DNA of 64,000 nucleotides. Source: Thalia democratica. Lineage: Eukaryota. Shown here in pieces: positions 60,088-64,000 of the stretch. Below the pieces are notes generated by a model. The model made no database searches, was not told the DNA's origin, and saw nothing but the letters and a program-made list of their open reading frames with translations. The stretch is taken from assembly GCA_965202585.1 (NCBI GenBank), contig OZ241827.1, positions 74,400,001-74,464,000 of the forward strand, given 5' to 3'. How positions within the stretch are numbered: position 1 is the first letter of the stretch; each line of letters begins with the position of its first letter. The position numbers were made by a program, and so were the translations under genes.

Positions 60088-63000
60088 TTAAGAAATATCA
60101 ACGTTTCCATGACAAATTGCGACAAACATCCAATCAGATACGTGCATTTCGCTGACTTCAAACAGCTTGCTTCTGTCCGCTGTGGTGACGTCATAAAACG
60201 AAATGACGTCATCACGCATCTCCGCTTCGACGCTGCAGTGAAACACGCCTAAGCTTCTGTTTTGGGAAATCCCCGAAAATGAGCAGTTGCCGCCCCTGAT
60301 TTCCAACAATTGGGTGTGACAGTCTTCTTGTATGACGTCATAATCTACTAAGTTAGAAGCGGTTATTCCGATTTTCACGCAGGACTCCCGGTAGATGGTG
60401 ACGTTGAGTTGGATTTTCTGCCCATTTGAAAACGGGCTGCGGTGCTTTAACACTGATGTGTTGTGGGCAACTGAGTTGGAAATTTTTCGAACTTGAAGCT
60501 CGGAGTTTACGGCTTTGAACTGGCAGCTTTGCTGATACAAGCACAAAAAATTTTCACTGACTGGAAACTCGTTTTCCGGAAGTTTTACTGGTTTGGCTGG
60601 GTTTGCTATATCGTTACAAGATTTAGCACTTACACATGCTTTGTTCTTTTTTGAAGCTGTTTTATTTTGGTTAGAACAATGACTAACAAAATGATCACTT
60701 CCATTTACTATGGCTTTTTCATAATCAGTCTTATCAGACACCTTTTCTTCGCTACCACTACCAAGATTAGTGATCTCAGATGTTGTATTCTCATTACTAT
60801 CATTATTTTCAGCTCCTTTCTTACTAACTTCATTGTTTTCATCGAAATGTATTAGCTCAACAGCCTTACTTTTAGGCTTATCATTTTTTTCCTCATCACC
60901 AGACGACATTTCCGCATAATCTTCGCCGAGATCATCTTCGGAAAAATCTTCACCATAATCGCTGCCAAACAAAAGGTAATTATTTCTCTCTACCTCTGTC
61001 ATTTTCGACAGGGTCTTTTTGGTCTTGGGTTTTGCAGTTTTCTGCTCCGGCTTGCCAATTAATTTTTCGTTGGAATTTATTTTCAGCTTTTGCAGACTAG
61101 CTATTATGGCTCCGTGGGTCGTCATGTTTTTGGTACCTTCACGTTCCGTGTACGCGTAATTCTGATCTCCATTGCTTTTTTGTTCCAAACCATTTTTACA
61201 ACCATGTCCACTTGTAGTTCCGTTCTTTTGCTTTTTAGCTTTATTGGTGACGGTGTTGAACAAGAAGTTAAAGTCCAATATCTCATTGTAGTCGGTTGGA
61301 TCAAAACTTGGCATTGACAAGTTGTTAGGAGCAGTTGATGTCTTTGCAGCTTCCTTCTTATCTACATGAGCAGAATTGCACAGATCGTTTTTATGATTTT
61401 TAGAACTCTCGCTTTTTTCCGCGTCAAAGTTTGACAGATCAGAAACTTTAATTTCTTGGTTCAACCTGTTTATTTCTTCATTGGTATTTTGTAACTCAGA
61501 AGTGTTTTCTTCATCCAAAAGCCTCATGAAAGACTGCTCGTTCATATTTTTGCTGTCTTGATGTCTAATGCTTTTACGTTCTTCGGTGAAAATCTGAGTA
61601 GTCAGTTGATTGAAGTTTGCATTGTTCTGTTTTTCTTTTTTTCTTTCAAGTATTTGTTGGTAGTACTGCAAACTTGATTCTTCAAAATCGCCTGTTTTGA
61701 AACAAAGCTAGTTACCAATTAAAGCAATTAATAGCTTTAACTGTTGATAATTTATTGTTAATTTTAAAGTAATTTCTTCTTGATATAAACAAAGCTGCAA
61801 AATAGATTTCAAATACCTTAAATATAACCGAAACACTTTAAATAAAACAGCTTATAAAAGTAAAGTAAAAAAAAAGTAAGAGATATTACTAAACCTATCA
61901 AGACAGACCTTAAACATTACTTCTAGACTACAAAAAAGTAAACATTTGATTCAATAGGGGTAGCTTAAAAAACTTGCAAGTAATTTGCGTATTTTACTTT
62001 TATTATAAAAATTTTATTTTTGATTTTTTTACTATGTTTTTGTAAAGTGGGTTTGGTACTAGTGTATGGATTAAATTTTTTTTTGCTGTCTCAGCGAATT
62101 CAGATTTGCAGGATTTCAAGCTACCCGTTAATAGCAAATATGACGTTTATTAAATTTGACAACACGTGATCTACTTATTACGTCACAAATTAGAAGTTAA
62201 GCAAGTCATAAGCACTCATTGGAATTAATATAACAACGGTTTATTTATTACGTCACAAACCTTTTGCGAGTTTGACGATGGTGTCTATTTCCCTCTCCCA
62301 GTCGATCCTGAGAGCTTCGAGAGCTTCATCCACTGTTTCTTCCTCATCAATGCTCTTCAACGCCTGGTTGGCGTCTTTGATACTATAAAGTTAAACTCAC
62401 TTAAGAGCTTGCGGTATAAAACGTAAAACAAATATGTATAATGATATTTTTAAAGCAAAGTTTCATAAAATCTGATTGCTTTTTAAAAAAAACACTTAGT
62501 CGAGAGAACAACTTTAGTTTAATTTAAATGAGTAAATCATTATACTAAAGATATTATAGTACAGCATAATTCAATTTTTAATATGACATAACAGTTTATT
62601 TATTTATATTAATCAAAAATATATAAATTGGTTGTATACCCGTTTTCAACTTGAAAATTATATTAAGTTAGTGTGTTATTACATGTTTTCGGTATAAAAA
62701 CCAATCAAAAAATTGAACTGTCGTACTTTGAATGCAGGATTTAAAACTTAGATAACTAGAGTTTAACAAAAATGTTTTAAAATGTAAACAGTAGCCATTG
62801 AATTCGAAAAAAAAACAGTTATACCCAAAGTATTACATCTCAATAAAATAAAATTACTAATCATGACTGATTGTAGTTTTAATTTAATAAATAATATTTA
62901 TTTTTTTTACCCGTTTTCAATGAGGTCGAGGTTGGTGAGGAAGAAGTCGTTCTTCTCCTCTTTAGCAAGCTCCTCGACAAAGTTGAGATCTTTCGCTGAT

Positions 63001-63841
63001 TTCATGAGCGCCTCGCGGTATTCCTGGACCTGAAATGAGTAATGTATTTAAAACTTTCTTTTTTGAAAATATTTATCTATTAGTAAAAAAAAGACCCATG
63101 TACTGTTTTTACTTTTCCAAACTTACGGTAATTTTTACAGGCTTAAAGAAAGTATACTATATCTAAAGAACACACAGAAATTTGTTTCAAAATGCATAGA
63201 AAATAAAAGAAAAGGAGTTGTTTTGAGTAAAATAAAAAATAAAACTTAAAAAAACACCGGAAAGCTTATTTAGACTAACTATTTACTAAAATTTTATTTA
63301 AAACATTTTCATAAAAGTGTTGGAATCTTAAACACGAAAAAGTTCAGGTTTGTGCTTTGTTCTTCAACTTAAACAGTTCATAATTTTTAAGTATCAGACT
63401 AATTCACTATAGGCTAGTTTGGTCAACTCACAAAAAAAAAAATCAACTAACTTCAGCTTCCAACTTTTGCTGTTTACCCTTCATTATCCTCTCTATTTTA
63501 CCCAACATTTCCTTCCTCTTTCTGTTGACATGGTCGCCTACTGCCAGCAACCTCAGGACCTCCTTGTTCATTATTTGATTTGATTCTTCCTGTTATAAAA
63601 ACTTTATATTCAGTAAGGCTACTTAACATTGTGTTTTTCACAACCAAACATAGGTGAAATCTAAAAGTTCTGTACTTTTTTTAATGAAAAATTAAGTAGA
63701 ATTACGATAATTGATTTTGACAAAAACGTTCTCACATTCATCGCAACAAATTTTTCAACTTTATTTTTTGCATTTTTTTTGATGATGTTTTGCTTCTGTT
63801 TTATATTTTCGATTCTCTTCTCAACTCGTTTTTTGGCAGTG
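60088..63841 (-). CDS. Second TRIM36/46-like paralog, 3' five exons (63841-63736, 63589-63452, 63029-62911, 62382-62261, 61691-60088); 5' part lies beyond the window
   Basis: Exon-by-exon homology with the 23915-27416 exons (106/106, 138/138, 122/119, 128/122 nt, same phases). The C-terminus ...GVFHCSVEAEMRDDVISFYDVTT...SDWMFVAICHGNVDIS* is near-identical to paralog 1. Confidence 0.88.
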
Positions 63842-64000
63842 CTTTAAAATTAATTTGTTATAAGTTGTTTTTAAATGTAAACAAATTTTGAAAACTTAGC
63901 AAAAAAGGTTGTTTTTACTGTTTTTAGAAAAAAGCTTTTTATAACATATATTAACAGCTCTTAAAACAATATTTATACATTATGACCAATAAAATAAGTT

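Overview
Eukaryotic (metazoan invertebrate) genomic DNA with very AT-rich introns and intergenic DNA, GC-richer exons and canonical GT-AG introns. The TGACGTCA-rich exons and acceptor sites just upstream of start codons make a tunicate-like genome a reasonable but unproven guess. I reconstructed six intron-containing genes by hand with consistent splice phases. On the + strand: the last two exons of integrin-linked kinase (ILK), a complete 6-exon proteasome alpha-3 subunit (PSMA4, 261 aa), and a ~515-aa HLH protein with no basic region and a His/Tyr/Pro/Gln-rich tail. On the - strand: a 13-exon ~1133-aa TRIM36/46-like RING-Bbox-Bbox-coiled-coil protein whose FN3 is replaced by a long disordered linker before a degenerate SPRY-like domain, a 4-exon ~849-aa low-complexity orphan protein with PP1-docking and FFAT-like motifs, and the 3' five exons of a second TRIM paralog running out of the window. 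Several hAT-type MITEs are present. I saw no rRNA, tRNA or CRISPR array. The most unusual observations are the basic-less HLH, the FN3-less TRIM pair with an apparently homogenised C-terminal domain, an interleaved A-B-A'-B' inverted repeat at 40.5-40.9 kb, two exon-fragment copies each exactly 163 nt upstream of their source in PSMA4, and strong enrichment of CRE octamers inside exons. All exon models and counts are manual and need confirmation with RNA-seq and homology searches.
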